NCBI GenBank assembly: GCA_951406725.2
Contig: OX597819.1
Span: 60,760,001 to 60,824,000, forward strand
Source: Octopus vulgaris
Taxonomy: Eukaryota
DNA: 64,000 bases
Direction: 5' to 3'
The first letter of the stretch is position 1; each line of letters starts with the position of its first letter. A model generated the notes under the pieces. It was not told the origin of the DNA. It saw only the letters and a program-made list of their open reading frames with translations, and did no database searches. The position numbers were made by a program, and so were the translations under genes. Positions 24,117 through 37,030 of the stretch are shown one piece after another.

Positions 24117-25900
24117 GTATCCAGAAAACTAATTTTTAAACACAGAATGGCTATGAGGGTCCACCGGAACAAAATAATACTCTAAGGTAAAAAATGATTG
24201 AGATCTATTGATATAGAGAGTTCTATAACCTAAGTAAGACGTGATAGCCAAAAGTTTTCAGCTTCTAGTTGAATGATAGCTGGACAAACTTAAACTCGAA
24301 GCATTTGAACATCAACCTTCGACTGGCATTATACCAAGAAGAATGGAGTAGGAAACAATCTGACCACATTGGCTTAATTTCAGTGATTCTAACCCTTATT
24401 GCCATAAGGCCTACATTAATATTCTGCAGAAAAGAAAATTATTGGCAAATTTTAAAGTATGTCTGAGAAAATGCTAACAACTGCCAGATATAATTACTTG
24501 CATGCAATGATGTTGTCCAAACGTCAACAATGCCTAGAATTTGTCTAAGTTTTACTGCATTTGGTGTTTTCTTTCCAAGAGAGTGAAATATTTAAAATCT
24601 CATGAATTATTAACAATCACAGGTTGCCCAATGCTATGTGATAAAATTTGGTCGATGGCGGCCGTAAGAAATCCGTTGTATGTGTGTGAATGTTGATGTG
24701 ACACAACTTGTCGGCTCTGAAACGAAACGGTGATGATTTTTTTACATTTCTCTATATTACAACTGGTCACTCCCCACTGTTGACAATCTGTAGAATAAGA
24801 AAAAAATCCTTTACTTGAAAATATGTGGAGGTATGTAACTCATGTTGGACTCATGATCATAAGATTGTGGTTTCAATTCCTGGACAGGAAAACTAGTTGT
24901 ATTCTTGAGCAAAACACATCATTTCACGTTGTTTCCGTCTACTCAACTGGCAAAAGTGAGTGAATCTGCGACGGACCAGCGTCCCGTCCAGGTGGGGACG
25001 CCATCAAATCGGGGAAACAGGTCCTTATGAGTCGATATGACCCGAGAAGGTAACTTTACTTGAAAATACAAGTGTTGGCGACAGGAAGAGCATCCATCGA
25101 CAAAATCTTGCCCCAAATACATCTCAACGAACGAGGGTGTTATTGGGTTGGATATGGATATCAATAAACAGATTGGTACTGCTTTAGTAGCGAATATTGG
25201 AGTGGTAGTGGCTCAGACCCGATAAGATTTCAAATTGGAGTTTAACTACATTTTGGGAAAGGGAACTCTACCATAGTCTTGAATTAACTAATAATGCCTT
25301 GTGAATGAAATTTGGTGATGGGGAAACTGCAGAAATCCATTGCGCACATGAATGTATGTGTGCACGTGTGTATGTATGTAAGGTGTGAGTTGACGGAAAT
25401 TTGACTTGTATTTCTAGCATGTCCGTCTGCCACGTTGAAGTTCCCTCAGGGTCTCACTTTCAGTTTTCGTGTACACCAACAGCTAGACTGGAAGAGGGGG
25501 AAAAATCGAATAAAACAACAAACTATTCAGTATTTTCTGTCTTTGACACAAACGTCGTGATATTTCAGATAGGTGTAATGGACGGACAAACAGACAGACA
25601 GACAGACATCCCAACAATTCTGAGATCTAGTTAAGAAAACTCAAGACCACACACTGCATTGGGCTAGTAGATGATAGATGAGTGTTAAAACACACCCTAT
25701 CATACGCCCCCTAAACACACAATAACAACAATAACAAGAAAGAACAAAAAAAATTTTAACATGGAACGGTGAAATTCGAGGAAATAATGTATATTTTTGA
25801 AGGGAAGAATTCATGTAAATGAACAGAAGAGAATGGGTAAGAAGAGGTTGAAAAAATTGGAAAATTCAAAAGAAAATACAACGGTCTTTCTTATGTGTGT

Positions 25901-25960
<60 letters not shown>

Positions 25961-26230
25961 AAATGTATGCATAAATACGTAAATATATGTATACGTATTC
26001 TTTTATTCCTTTATTTGTTTCAGTCATTTGACTGCAGCCATGCTGGAGCACCGCCTTGAAGGATTTTGGAAGAACAAATCAACCCCAGGACTTATTATTA
26101 TATTTAAGCCTAGTACTTATTCTATTGGTCTCTTTTGCCGAACCGCTAATGTTACGGGAATGTAAACACACCAACACCGGTTGTCAAGCAGTGATGGTGG
26201 ACAGACACACACACACACACATATGTATAT

Positions 26231-26369
<139 letters not shown>

Positions 26370-26501
26370 GGTATGTAGAAAAATACAACATGGACAAGAA
26401 CGTATAACTCTTAGAAGACGATACAATAAACACGGACAGGACATTCGAAACCCTCAGTCTTCAGTCAAGAACCGGATCATCGTAGTAATTTCGGCTGATT
26501 A

Positions 26502-26538
<37 letters not shown>

Positions 26539-26539
<1 letters not shown>

Positions 26540-27853
26540 GAGGAGGTACCCCAAAGAAACCGGAATTTTGCAATATTATTTTATTCGCTTCGTTTTAAAT
26601 GTTTACACTTTAATAGCCTTCAAAGTGTTCTCCATCTGAAGCAATGCATCAGTTCAGGCGCGTTTTCCACTGTTCAAAGCAGTCTTAGAATTCTTACGAA
26701 GCGATGCCTTTTAGCCACCCCGTGGTTTTTTTCTTCACCACTTCCACATCTGCAAATTCCGTAGCACCAGCTTTCGTCACCAGTGATGATCTTCGAAAAA
26801 AGGGGATCTTTTAGGTTTGAACGGCCGTTTTTCTAGCGGTGTCATATGAAATTGTCACCCATAATTATGACCCTAGTATCGATCTATTGCATTTCAATCC
26901 GTTTTAGGGTTAGGGGTGGGGGGAAGGGTATCTTTTTTTCTTCAGAAATGTAAATAAACCCAATCTATTTCTTAAACGAGGGACATATTCATACGGCACA
27001 GAATGTTTTTTTTACCTCAATAGACGTCACTGATTGGTTGAAATTACAGAAATTGAAGAAAAAAATCAACAAATATCTTACAAACTATAGAATTTTCTCA
27101 ATAAAGCCAAGAGAAAAAGATGTTTTATAAACACATTCTACCAGTATACGAAGTTTAAAAGTGTTTAGTTACGTGGAAATTATTAAAAAAAACTGCCATT
27201 CAAACCGAAAAGATCCAAAAAAGGTCCGGATCAACTTTCAACTGTTCTTTCAGTTCACAACACACATTCAGTCGTTACTGCTTTTGATCTTCCGTAAGCA
27301 ATCGAGACACAAATTTTGCTGCAATTCTTTTCATTTGCAATTCCTCACTCAAAATTCATTGGCAGGAGCTCCAAGGCATACCAGTCAGCTCAACAAGTTG
27401 GTCAACTCTTAGGCGACGGTCTTCCAAGATCTGTTTATGAATTTTCATGATGTTTTCATTCGATCGGGAGGTCAACGGTCGCCCTGAACGAGATTAGTAT
27501 TCAAGCGACTAGTGACCATTCCTAAAGCGTGGAAACCACACGTAAACTTGTGTTTTCTCATGGCAGCGTCCTTGTAAGTTGTTTGAAGCATGACAACTGC
27601 TTCGGCCTCCGTTTTCCCTAGCAGAAAACAGAATTTCACGGAAGCACACTGTTCCTTCGTTTCAACCTTCGCAAAAATCGACGAATGGCTGAGAAACATT
27701 ACAAAACAAAGACGCACCACATGACAGTACGACATCAGCTGACGACGCCAATCGGTTGAGGGTTGCATCAAGTGGCTTCTAGTGGCGGAAGCCTGAAATA
27801 CCACGGGCTTGTCATACAAAGAACGTTTCCGGTTACATTTGGCTACCTCCTCG
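26539..27853 (-). mobile_element. Internally deleted mariner transposon
   Basis: TIRs cgaggaggtaccccaaagaaaccggaa / ttccggttacatttggctacctcctcg. Transposase remnants EQCASVKFCFLLGKTEAEAVVMLQTTYKDAAM and SKIITGDESWCYG. Confidence 0.85.
26804..27216. mobile_element. MITE with 8-bp TSD (Merlin-like) nested in the mariner
   Basis: ~29-bp TIR GGATCTTTTAGGTTTGAACGGCCGTTTTT; perfect TSD AAAAAAGG at 26796-26803 and 27217-27224. GG termini with an 8-bp TSD fit the Merlin superfamily (inference). Confidence 0.8.
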
Positions 27854-28238
27854 TATACGACGGGTTTCTTTAAGTTTCTGTCTATCAAATCCGCTCACAA
27901 GGCTACAGTAGAAGACACTTGCCCAAGGTGCAAGGAGTAGGATGGAACCCGGAACCATGTGGTTGGGAAGCAAGTTTCTTACCACACAGCCATGTGTATG
28001 TGTGTGTGTGTGTATGTGTGTGTTTTGTCTTTTATCTTTTACTAGTTTCAGTTATCGGACTGCGGCCATGCTGGGGCAGCACTGCCTTGAAAGGTTTGGT
28101 CAAACAGCTCGACTTATGCTTTTATTAAATCTGGTACTTATTTTATCGACCACTATGGCCGAACAGCGAAGTTACGGGGAATATATGTATACGTAAATAA
28201 ACAAATATTTATACATACATACATACATACATACATAC

Positions 28239-28322
<84 letters not shown>

Positions 28323-28729
28323 CAAAAGGGACATTAGCCATTTGAATGTGGCTAGGGACAGGGCAGGGCGGTGGGGGTGTTACTGTTGCATTTAGCCCCA
28401 GGCGAACATCAACGTCACCAGAAAGGCTTGACACATATATATGTGAATGAAAACATAATGGGATATATATTTTATATGTACTTTAACTGTTTTGAATTTT
28501 AGCGCTCGCTATTCAACTGTTTTTTTCTCTTTAACATGAGGTTAAATTTCGAAATCCCGTGATATGGTTTTATCAAACTACTTCATTCTGTGAATTTATC
28601 TCGCCGAAGAAAGATGTTGTAGTTTGCCACTGGCAGTCCCTGAACATCTTATGAAGCTGGTGATTTTGTTTGGCTATTCGAGTTATATTTTTTAGCTCTT
28701 ATTTCTAGCAATTGTAGGTGCTCTTTTGC

Positions 28730-28791
<62 letters not shown>

Positions 28792-28887
28792 GGAGTAAAC
28801 ACATAAATGTGAAACAAGGTGGAAAAAAGAGTACTCAAATACCAGTGGTAGAGAAATATGCTTTATTTAAGTAAAGTGTATATATAT

Positions 28888-29283
28888 ACTCTTTTACTCT
28901 TTTACTTGTTTCAGTCATTTGAACTGGAGCACCGCCTTTTAGTCGAGCAAATCGACCCCGGGACTTATTCTTTGTAGGCCCAGTACTTATTCTATCGGTC
29001 TCTTTTTGCCGAACCGCTAAGTGACGGGGACGTAAACACACCAGCATCGGTTGTCAAGCAATGCTAGGGGGACAAACACAGACACACAAACACATACACA
29101 TATATATATATATATATACATATATACGACTGGCTTCTTTCAGTTTCCGTCTACCAAATCCACTCACAAGGCATTGGTCGGCCCGGGGCTATAGCAGAAG
29201 ACACTTGCCCAAGATGCCACGCAGTGGACTGAACCGGAACCATGTGGTTGGTTAGCAAGCTACTTACCACACAGCCACTCCTA
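28888..29283 (-). mobile_element. SINE family A, near full length (further minus copies ~29438-29825, 35110-35790, 36335-36770)
   Basis: tRNA-like head (GGAGTGGCTGTGTGGTAAG ... GGTTCAGTCC), cttgggcaagtgtctt core, internal (TA)n, AGTAAAAG tail. Confidence 0.82.
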
Positions 29284-29351
29284 TACATACACATACATAC
29301 ACATTCATATATATATGCATATATGTATATGTATAAGTATATATTTATATG

Positions 29352-29403
<52 letters not shown>

Positions 29404-30059
29404 CATACCCCCCACATATATGTATAGTGTATATATATTCTTTTATTCTAACTGTTTCAGTCATTTGATTGCGGCCATGCTGGAGCACCGCCTCTAGTCG
29501 AAGAAATCGACTCCGAGACTTATTCTTTGTAAGTACTTATTCTATAGGTCTGTTTTGCCGAACCGCTAAGTTACGGGGACATAAACACACCAACATCAGT
29601 TGTCAAGTGATGGTTGGTGGATAAATACAGATACACAAACATGTACATATCTATATAACTATATATACGGCGGGCTTCTTTCAGTTTCCGTCTACCCAAT
29701 CCACTCACAATCCTTTGGTCGGCCCGAGGCTATAGCAGAAGACACTTTCCCAAGGTGCCACGCAGTGGGACTGAACCCGGAGCCATGTGGCTGGGAAGCA
29801 AGCTTTTTACCACACACCCACGCCTATATATATATATATATATATATATACACAAACATACATACATACATACATACACACACACATATCACTGTATCGA
29901 CCAGACTATCGAATGTTGTTATTCATCGCTGGTCACAATGTACTTCCTCGCATTGTTGTAGCTTTCAAATGATGCTACCTGATGGTAGATCCTCAAAAAC
30001 ATTCGTCTTGTATTAATATGCAGAATATTATACGATATGGCTTGGCGTTTTGTCTCGAT

Positions 30060-30440
30060 AGCAGTGGTTAGAAGAGCTTTTCCTGCGTTGTATAAGAGAA
30101 GGAATGGGTGGGACGAGTCCCTAAGTCTCCCTTTTGGTCTTGTTTTCACGCCAAGGGATATTTTGAGCTCTTATGAGATGCGTGGCGCATGTACCATTAA
30201 GGCGAGCTTGAAACTCCTTCATCGTTCAAGTTTCGGTTGTAGAGAGGAGAATGCTCTCTTAATATGTCCTGAAGAGGATAAGTCTTGTCGAGTTTGAAAT
30301 ATTTGTTTTCCAGATGTTTTGAAGCATGTCACTGGCACTCTAAGGCTAGTCCCTTGTGTGTAAGAAAGTCTTTCTTGCTGTCATCAATGTAAGAGCCGAG
30401 GTACTCGATGACATTGAGTTGTGTGCCGTCCTTGGAACAA
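30060..30440 (-). pseudogene. Decayed RTE-type LINE ORF fragment
   Basis: With frameshifts it reads DGTQLNVIEYLGSYIDDSKKDF...NIWKTNISNSTRLILF...ESILL..TET...RAQNIPW, i.e. the post-RT region of RTE ORFs. Confidence 0.6.
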
Positions 30441-30454
30441 ATTGACATCTTCAT

Positions 30455-30580
30455 TCCTCCTCCTCCTCCCTCCCTCCCTCTCTCCTCCACCTCCTCCCTC
30501 TCTCCTCTACCTCCTCTCCTTCTCCTCCTCCTCCCCTTCTCCTCCTCCTCCTCCTCCTCCTCCTCCTCCCTCTCCTCCGT
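30455..30580. repeat. (CCT)n polypyrimidine tract
   Basis: Direct reading. Confidence 0.9.
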
Positions 30581-30971
30581 TCTGGCATGATTCTCATAAG
30601 GGAGTGTAGTTCTAGGGGAGTAGACGAAAGGTTTACGTACGATATGCCGATACGGCAGAATAAATAGGCCAGAATGCTACGATAATATCACAAATAGGAA
30701 AAAAAAAAAAAAGGAAAAATGTATTCGTTTCTCTCCCTTCCCAACTACTTCTTGTGTTTGACAAAAGTGAATGGGAGACATTGATTTGTAAAATCGCGGG
30801 TGGTTCGTAAGGGAAGTGGAGTATAAATGTGAGCGTAATTGACTGACAAGAGACGAAAGAGTTCTTACTGAAGGGAAACAACAAGTGTGGCAAGCGAAAA
30901 CATTTTCTCAGCATGACAAGATGATAGAAATGTGTCAAACAACACAAGTAATAATAATAATAATAATGATG

Positions 30972-31013
<42 letters not shown>

Positions 31014-31626
31014 TTAGATGGTAAGAAAGCAAACTTCGTTAAAGCTTTCGCAAACATTTTCAAATTGTGTCATTTTAAAGGGTACTAATAACTTCGGTCT
31101 TGTTTCCTTTTTTTAAAATCTGTTTTTTTTTAAAATCTTTTTTTTTTTGTTTTTACAGGATCTAATTATTCACAGAAGAGCGAATGAAGTAATCCCAAGC
31201 CAACAGAAGATCGGAATACAGTTACATTGTTACCAACGGTACGTCTATTCTTTTTAAACTCCTTCACTACCAAGCAACAAAAACAACAGAATCAAACTAA
31301 CGTGGGAGTAATTTTGTAGCCTCTCGATCTACTAGAAATAGCAGCTAAATCTACCTCAAATCATATCTTGCTGTCTGTATTAAGTAAGGCGGCTATTCAC
31401 TGTTATTTTTAAAATGAAAGATATAAAAAAACCCAACAAAACACGTTTATTTGATATACGTGGGGCCAAACCCGTCGAAATACTGATTGGGAGGGAGATG
31501 GGATCAAACTACAAGCCCCACCTCTCCATTAATCAAATGATAGACTACAAGTAAGAGTTTCTCCGAATTGTTTTTATAACATTTTACAATATGGCTCTTG
31601 TCACGGCAGAAGCACTTTTTAGCATA

Positions 31627-32012
31627 GGCGGCGAGCTAGCAGAAACGTTAGCACACCGAGCGGTATTTCGTCTGCAACTACGTGCTGAGTTCAAATTCCG
31701 CCGAGGTCGACTTTGCCTTTCGTCCTTTCGGGGTCGATTAAATAAGCACCAGTTACGCACTGGAGTCGATATAATCGACTTAATCCGTTTGTCTCTCCTT
31801 GTTTGTCCCTTCTATGTTTAGCCCCTTGTGGGTAATAAAGAAATAGGCATTTCGTCTGCCGCTACGTGCTGAGTTCAAATTCCGCCGAGGTCGACTTTGC
31901 CTTTCATCCTTTCGGGGTCGATAAATTAAGTACCAGTTACGCACTGGGGTCGATGTAATCGACTAAATCTGTTTGTCTGTCCTTGTTTGCCCCCTCTGTG
32001 TTATAAAGAAAT
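31627..32012 (+). mobile_element. SINE family B, two-unit tandem form
   Basis: Head GGCGGCGAGCTAGCAGAAACG then two ~184-bp units. Confidence 0.82.
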
Positions 32013-33359
32013 ATGAAGCACTTTTCAGCATAGTTCTACTTGAAAAGAATTGACCAGAAGCTAAACAACAACAGCAATAGCAGCAGAAGCAGCAGCAGCA
32101 GAGATGACGACAACAACAACAACAGCAGCAGCAGCAACAACAATAATCGATCTGATAGAAATAGTAGTCAAAATCTGGGAACATCCTACGATTACAGAAA
32201 GACTGTCAGTTGTCTGTGCATGCAAGTCTTTCCTCAGCGCACCACCGATGTTTATCCAAGTGAAAAGCTGCTCTCTTGGATCGATGCAACTTGGCACAAG
32301 TGTCGTCGTAGACATTGTTGTCAAGACACGAATAACCGGAAGAGAAACTGCAAGACATCTAGCAGTTCCATCAATCCAGTAAACTTGGATTCATACATTT
32401 TTTTATCGACCTTGTAGCGTACACTCGAGTGAAATTCCCATTCACCCCTTTATTATATATACGTACGTTCGAACATAGCAGGTAACAGCTAGTCTTTGGC
32501 CACTATTTGGATCCCGTTGTGTCCATTACTCTGATTTGTATTTGCACAATTTCCCTCTAACTCTGTCGTGCCAATCTGCAGCGTATAACCAATCGGATCG
32601 CTAAATAATATCACGTCGGAGTCACCATTATTGATGATCGTGGTCTCACGTCGTGAAACCATCTAATAACAACTCCGTTCAGAAAGCTGGTTTAATACAT
32701 ATATGTACCAGAGGGGAATGAGAGAGACACAACCGAATAGAATGTTCAAGAGGAGATTTATTGATATGTTAACATGTGTGTCTGTGTGTACGTCATGTAT
32801 ACAGAATAATAGACAGGCCGTCATAAGAACAAAGTGTATGTGTGTATAGGCATGGATGTATGCGACTGCGTTATGTACATATAAGAATAACTGAAGTATG
32901 CAGTGAAAGAGTCTATAATGAGGAGTTAGACGAATGTTCATAGACACAAGAAATGAGAGTACCAGTTCGTAATCAATTGTACATGTAATTGAAATACTGT
33001 ATCAAGAAGTCGCAGCGATGATGCTGAGCCGGTTGTGCTACATGTCGTACGACGTTGTGGCTGTAATGCTGCTATCTGGGTCGCTTAGTACAGGAGTTCT
33101 CGCAGGGTGTATATTTACTGCTGATCCATGGGGAAGTAATTCACGGACAGTGCTGTGTTAAACCTGGGCGAGTACATCGTTGTTAGCACTCTGCTAATTA
33201 CAGGTACTATCCTCTGGATGGGCTTCTCTGTAGTTTCCGTCTACCTGATTTCTCTCACAAGGCTACAGAAAATGACATTTACTCGGGATGCCACGCTGTG
33301 ATATTGAACCCGGTACTTCATGATTGCGAAGTGAACTTCTTAACCATTCAGCTATATAC

Positions 33360-33588
33360 CTATTTCTTTACTACCCACAAGGGGCTAAACACAGAGAGGA
33401 CAAACAAGGACAAACGGATTTAGTCGATTATATCGACCCCAGTGCGTAACTGGTACTTATTTAATCGACCCCGAAAGGATGAAAGGCAAAGTCGACCTCG
33501 GCGGAATTTGAACTCAGAACGTAGCGGCAGACGAAATACCGCTAAGCATTTCGCCCGGCGTGCTAACGTTTCTGCCAGCTCGCCGCCT
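33360..33588 (-). mobile_element. SINE family B
   Basis: Reverse complement of the head plus one unit. Confidence 0.82.
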
Positions 33589-34220
33589 TCCATTCAGCTA
33601 TATTGCGCCCACAACATCATCTACTAGTATGACAGGCTAGAAATAGCAGCCAAATTTCTCTCGAAACGTACGGTTACTATCTGTAAAATAGATTAAGGAA
33701 ATATTAGGTACGACGGGTGAAGGATTTAAACAACCACTACAATTACAACGAAGGTAGCTAGTCCAACGGAACAACCCTCGTACATGCGTTTCCGGTTTTT
33801 TACCAACACCAGAAGCTAAAGGAGGAGATACCGGTAGGATTTGAATTGAGAACTTGAAAGAAGGAAATTATATACCTCATAGTAGATATTTTGTTCAGCA
33901 CTTTAATATCTCTGTCATTCTAACGCGCTACTTAATTATTATGATAATGTTATCCATTTCATGTTTATTAACTTCAATAAGTAAGATGCTTAGTTCCTCC
34001 TTCAGTTTATGGCAGATGTTATTTCAGCATTATGACCCGGGCATCTTAAACTGTAACAACAAGCCAACAGACCTTGACCTCCTTCCTTACTAACATCGCT
34101 GGTGAGGCTGAAACTTATCGTAACATTGAGTAGTTTAATTTTGTTTTCAAATCAGTCTCGCTCAGTTGTTTTTGTTTTGTAACGTTTTGGAGAGGTTCTG
34201 CTAATATGTCGTGAGCAATA

Positions 34221-34980
34221 AGGTGGCGAGCTGGCAGAAACGTTAGCACGCCGGGCGAAATGCTCAGCGGTATTTCGTCTGCCGTTACGTTCTGAGTTCA
34301 AATTCTGCCGAGGTCGATTTTGCCTTTCATCCTTTCGGGGTCGATTAAATAAGTACCAGTTACGCACTGGGGTTGATCTAATCGACTTAATCCGTTTGTC
34401 TGTCCTTGTTTGTCCCCTCTGTGTTTAGTCCCTTGTGGGTAGTAAAGAAATAGGTATTTTGTCTGCCGCTACGTTCTGAATTCAAATTCCGCCGAGGTCG
34501 ACTTTGCCTTTCATCCTTTCGGGGTCGATTAAATAAGTACCAGTTACGCGCTGGGGTTGATCTAATCGACTTAATCCGTTTGTCTGTCCTTGTTTGTCCC
34601 CTCTGTGTTTAGTCCCTTGTGGGTAGTAAAGAAATAGGTATTTCGTCTGCTGCTACGTTCTGAATTCAAATTCCGCCGAGGTCGACTTTGCCTTTCATCC
34701 TTTCGGGGTCGATTAAATAAGTACCAGTTACGCACTGGAGTCGATATAATCGACTTAATTCGTTTATCTGTCCTCTCTGTGTTTAGCCCCTTGTGGGTAG
34801 TAAAGAAATAGGTATTTCGTCTGTCTTTATGTTCTGAGTTCAAATTCCGCCGAGATCGACTTTACCTTTCATCCTTTCGGAGTCGATAAATTAAGTACCA
34901 GTTGCGTACTGGGGTCGATCTAATCGACTGGCACCCAATTTCCCCCAAATTTCGGGCCTTGTGCCTAGAGTAAAAAAGAA
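34221..34980 (+). mobile_element. SINE family B, four-unit tandem form
   Basis: One head followed by four B-box-containing units starting near 34269, 34453, 34637 and 34811. Confidence 0.85.
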
Positions 34981-35547
34981 TACGTTGTGAGTAATATAAT
35001 ACACTTGTTGAATACTGAGAGGTGCGAATATCTCATTCGATTAAATACCTTTCAGTATAATTTGTGACTTGCTTTTCACTTCATGCCCGAGTTATTACAG
35101 TACCGTTTATCTTTTGTCTTTTACGTGTTTCAGTCATTAGATTGCGGCCATGCCGGGGCACCGCCTTAAACGATTTTTAGTCGAATGAATCGACCGCCGC
35201 ACTTATTATTTTTTTAAAGCCTTGTACTTATTCTATCGGCTTCTTTTGCCGAACTGTAGAGAATATGTGAGTAGCTTTTTATCAAATTAGGATGTCTGAT
35301 TAACAGTCGAAGCAACAATTCGATTTGCTTTTCATCCATTTTATCTAAGAAAAGAAATCGCTTGGAAGAGAGGATAAGAGGAAAAAAAAAGACACAACGC
35401 CGAAACAAAATGGCGTCGTTTTATTCTTACTCCGCCATACTGCATGCGGAACTTTTCCTGGATCACTGCCGTTGCGTTAGATTTCTGCTTTCAGTGCTTT
35501 GAACGTAAATACACCGACATTGGTTGTCAAGCGGTGGTGGGGGACAA

Positions 35548-35596
<49 letters not shown>

Positions 35597-35943
35597 AACA
35601 CATACATACGTACGTAAATACATACAATATATACGACAGGCTTCTTTCAGTTTCCGCTTACCAAATCCATTCACATGACTTTGGCCGGTTCGAGGCTATA
35701 GTAAAAGAACACTTGCCCAAGGTTCCACGCAATGGACTGAACTCGGAACCATGTGGTTGGGAAGCAAGTTTCTTATCACACAGCCACACTTGTTCTTATA
35801 GTTATTCTCATCTTGTCATAGAAACATCTTATAGTTTCCTTCTAGATACATAAGCTGTATTTTCAGACCATTAACTCTTACGTTGCTGATGATGTTCCTG
35901 TGATGATCATTTTCAATGATGGATTGTTAGTGTATTGCACATG

Positions 35944-36022
<79 letters not shown>

Positions 36023-36219
36023 TAGAAATATGTTACAAAAAGAACTATATATATATACATACATTGAAGGCTCAGTGGTTAGAGCCTTGAGCTTACGATC
36101 ATGCAGTTGTGAGTTCGAATCCCGGACCGGGCTACGTGTTGTGTTCTTGAGCAAGACACTTTATTTATGCATATGTATTCATGCATGATGCATGTATGTA
36201 TTCATCATATGTATGCATG

Positions 36220-36307
<88 letters not shown>

Positions 36308-36789
36308 CACTCTTTATTATATTATATATACATACTCTTCATTTACTCTTTTACTAGTTTGAGTCATTTGACTGCGGCCATGGTGGAGCACCTCCTTTCG
36401 TCGAACAAATCGACCTCAGGACTTATTCTTTGTAGGCCTAGTACTTATTCTATCGTAATCTATTGCCGAACCGTTAAGTTACATGGATGTAAACACACCA
36501 ACATCGGTTGTCAAGTGAAGGTGGAGGGGGAAAGCACAGACACACAAGTATATACATACATACATACTCACATATATACACACACAGATATATATATATA
36601 TATACACGACGGACTTGTTTCAGTTTCCGTCTACCAAATCCACTCTCAAGGCTTTGGTCTGCCCAAGGCTACAGTAGAAGACTCTTACCCAAGGTGCCAC
36701 GCAGTGGGACCAATCCCGGAACCATGTAGTTGGGAAGCAACCTTCTTACCGCACAGCCACTCCTGCGCCTATATATAATATATAAAATA

Positions 36790-37030
36790 AATGCCTCCAT
36801 CTCGAGCCTTGCCAAACTCATAAGGGCCGGTTTCCCGGTTTCAATGGCATATGTATTCCCCACCTGGACGGGACGCTGATCCGTCTCAGGGATATTCATT
36901 TTTACCAGCTGAGTGGACTGGAGCAACGTGAAATGAAGTGGTTTGCTCAAGAACAAAACGTGTCGCCCGGTCAAAGAATCGAAATCATAATCTTACTATA
37001 ATGACTCCAACACCCTAACCACTAAGCCCA
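36790..37030 (-). mobile_element. tRNA-derived SINE family C (others ~24828-25055 +, 58075-58295 +, 58970-59182 -, 60193-60483 -)
   Basis: Head GGCTTAGTGGTTAGGGTG ... TTCGATTC; body with gcgtcccgtccagg and GAAACCGGGAAACCGGCCC. Confidence 0.75.

Noticed and set aside
32040-32417. Asn/Ser-rich 125-aa ORF
   Set aside because: The first half is a CAA/CAG microsatellite. The remainder weakly resembles an R4/Dong-type LINE end (LGT...RKTVS) and has no clear splice support.
33442-33627. Recurrent peptide MRNWYLFNRPRKDERQSRPRRN in several ORFs
   Set aside because: Antisense translation of SINE family B, not a gene family.
34221-34980. Regular repeats resembling a CRISPR array or tRNA cluster
   Set aside because: Units are tandem SINE bodies with no unique spacers; the heads are tRNA-derived but do not give a convincing cloverleaf.
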